Assembly: GCF_900105015.1 (NCBI RefSeq)
Contig: NZ_FNLK01000015.1
Location: forward strand, 150,001-182,000
Direction: 5' to 3'
DNA length: 32,000 nt
Source: Schaalia meyeri
GTDB taxonomy: Bacteria > Actinomycetota > Actinomycetes > Actinomycetales > Actinomycetaceae
Made by a program: the position numbers and the translations under genes. Shown one piece after another: positions 31,282 through 32,000 of this stretch. The stretch's first letter is position 1. Each line of letters begins with the position of its first letter. A model generated the notes under the pieces. It searched no databases, had not been told where the DNA came from, and saw only the letters and a program-made list of their open reading frames with translations.

Positions 31282-32000
31282 GCGGCGTGAGTGCCGTGAT
31301 TTCTTGGCCGTCAATTGCGATGGTTCCTGAGTCTGGCCGGTGTACGCCGGAAATTACCTTGATGAGGGTTGATTTCCCGCAGCCGTTCTCTCCGGCCAGG
31401 CACAGGACCTCGCCGGGCCACACAGCCAGGTCGACACTGTCGAGGGCTCGGACGCCGCCAAAGTTTTTGACAATATGACGAAACCTCTAGGAAGGGGTTC
31501 TCGTGCGCGCTCGAGCCTTGTCCGTTGGGGCGCGGTGCTTGTTCCACATTGGTGCGCATGTGCTCTCCTTCGAGTGTCGTGTGGACAGCGCTGTCGTGGG
31601 ACGCGAGCCCCGGCCTCGCCTTTCTCGCGCCGAGGCCGGGGCCGCCTCGTTAGAAGTTGTACTTCTTGGCTTGCTCGGCGTCGGCGGCGATCTGGGCGGA
31701 GCCGACCCAGACGTTGTCGTAGCCGTCGAGCTTGTGCAGGTTGTTGTAGCCCTCGATGCCGAGGTCCGTGCCCTCGGTGATGGTTCCGCCGTCAGCGAGG
31801 ATCTTGGCGATCTGGAGCTGGGCCTTCCCGGCGAGGGCGGGATCCCAGAAGAAGATCTTGTCGATCGATCCGGTGGCGAGGTACTTGGCGGAGGCGGAGG
31901 GGATGGAGGTTCCCATGACGCAGACCTGGTCGGAGAGGCCGGCTTCTTCGATCGCGCGTGCAATGCCGGGCACGTCGTTACCTGCGGAGCCCTGGAAGGC
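31249..32000. repeat. Right arm of the fold-back inverted repeat (runs off the window)
   Basis: Two single-base homopolymer insertions relative to the left arm: gctttTcatc near 31267 and gacgaAacctc near 31481. ORFs 31650..31973, 31487..31963 and 31181..31423 are mirror copies of left-arm ORFs. Confidence 0.9.

Noticed and set aside
31181-31973. ORFs on the minus strand encoding an SBP C-terminus (31650-31973) and an ABC ATPase fragment (31181-31423, 31311-31559).
   Set aside because: They are mirror images of 30436-31185 created by the fold-back repeat, one of them frameshifted by a homopolymer insertion. They are not independent genes.
1-32000. Search for tRNA, rRNA, transposase, integrase, toxin-antitoxin or prophage structural genes.
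   Set aside because: Nothing with the expected signatures was seen: no cloverleaf-sized conserved segments in intergenic regions, no DDE or tyrosine-recombinase motifs, no IS terminal inverted repeats. This was judged by eye only, so a tRNAscan/Infernal/ISfinder run could still find small elements.

Overview
High-GC actinobacterial chromosome segment from the origin-proximal partition region (an Actinomycetaceae- or Corynebacteriales-like host is only a guess). All family names come from motif recognition by eye, because no searches could be run.

Layout:
- (1) 1-5.7 kb, core genes: the 3' part of parA, then parB, a HAD hydrolase, ddl and a PLP aminotransferase.
- parS: six perfect copies of the 16-bp palindrome TGTTTCACGTGAAACA lie between 731 and 14627.
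- (2) 5.7-7.6 kb, gene-poor and decayed: a possible NYN-domain gene remnant, a GT-skewed stretch, a 32-codon sORF missing from the ORF track (consensus SD plus terminator hairpin), and an orphan minus-strand terminator.
- (3) 7.6-14.3 kb: a five-gene 'anchored-repeat' metal-type ABC transporter operon. It encodes an LAxTG surface protein, a ZnuA/TroA-like lipoprotein carrying an inserted repeat, a membrane-anchored repeat protein, an ATPase and a permease. A Zur/Fur-like operator precedes it.
- (4) 14.35-28.6 kb, accessory mosaic: a 17-bp tandem array, a parS site and a 21-bp dyad-containing iteron-like array; a COG2865 AlbA_2/Schlafen-like ATPase regulator; a DUF6318-like operon containing a decayed secreted-protein gene; a translationally coupled ParB/Srx-fold protein plus Dam-like methyltransferase; and, convergent to that pair, a complete Type I R-M system (hsdM-hsdS-hsdR).
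- (5) 28.6-32 kb: a DeoR regulator, a sugar ABC binding lipoprotein and an ABC ATPase gene. The ATPase gene is cut by a ~750-bp fold-back inverted repeat that runs off the window and looks more like an assembly artefact than biology.

The best candidate for an undescribed system is the ParB/Srx-fold protein plus Dam-like methyltransferase pair (19947-22364). No rRNA, tRNA, CRISPR array, transposase or integrase was recognised.
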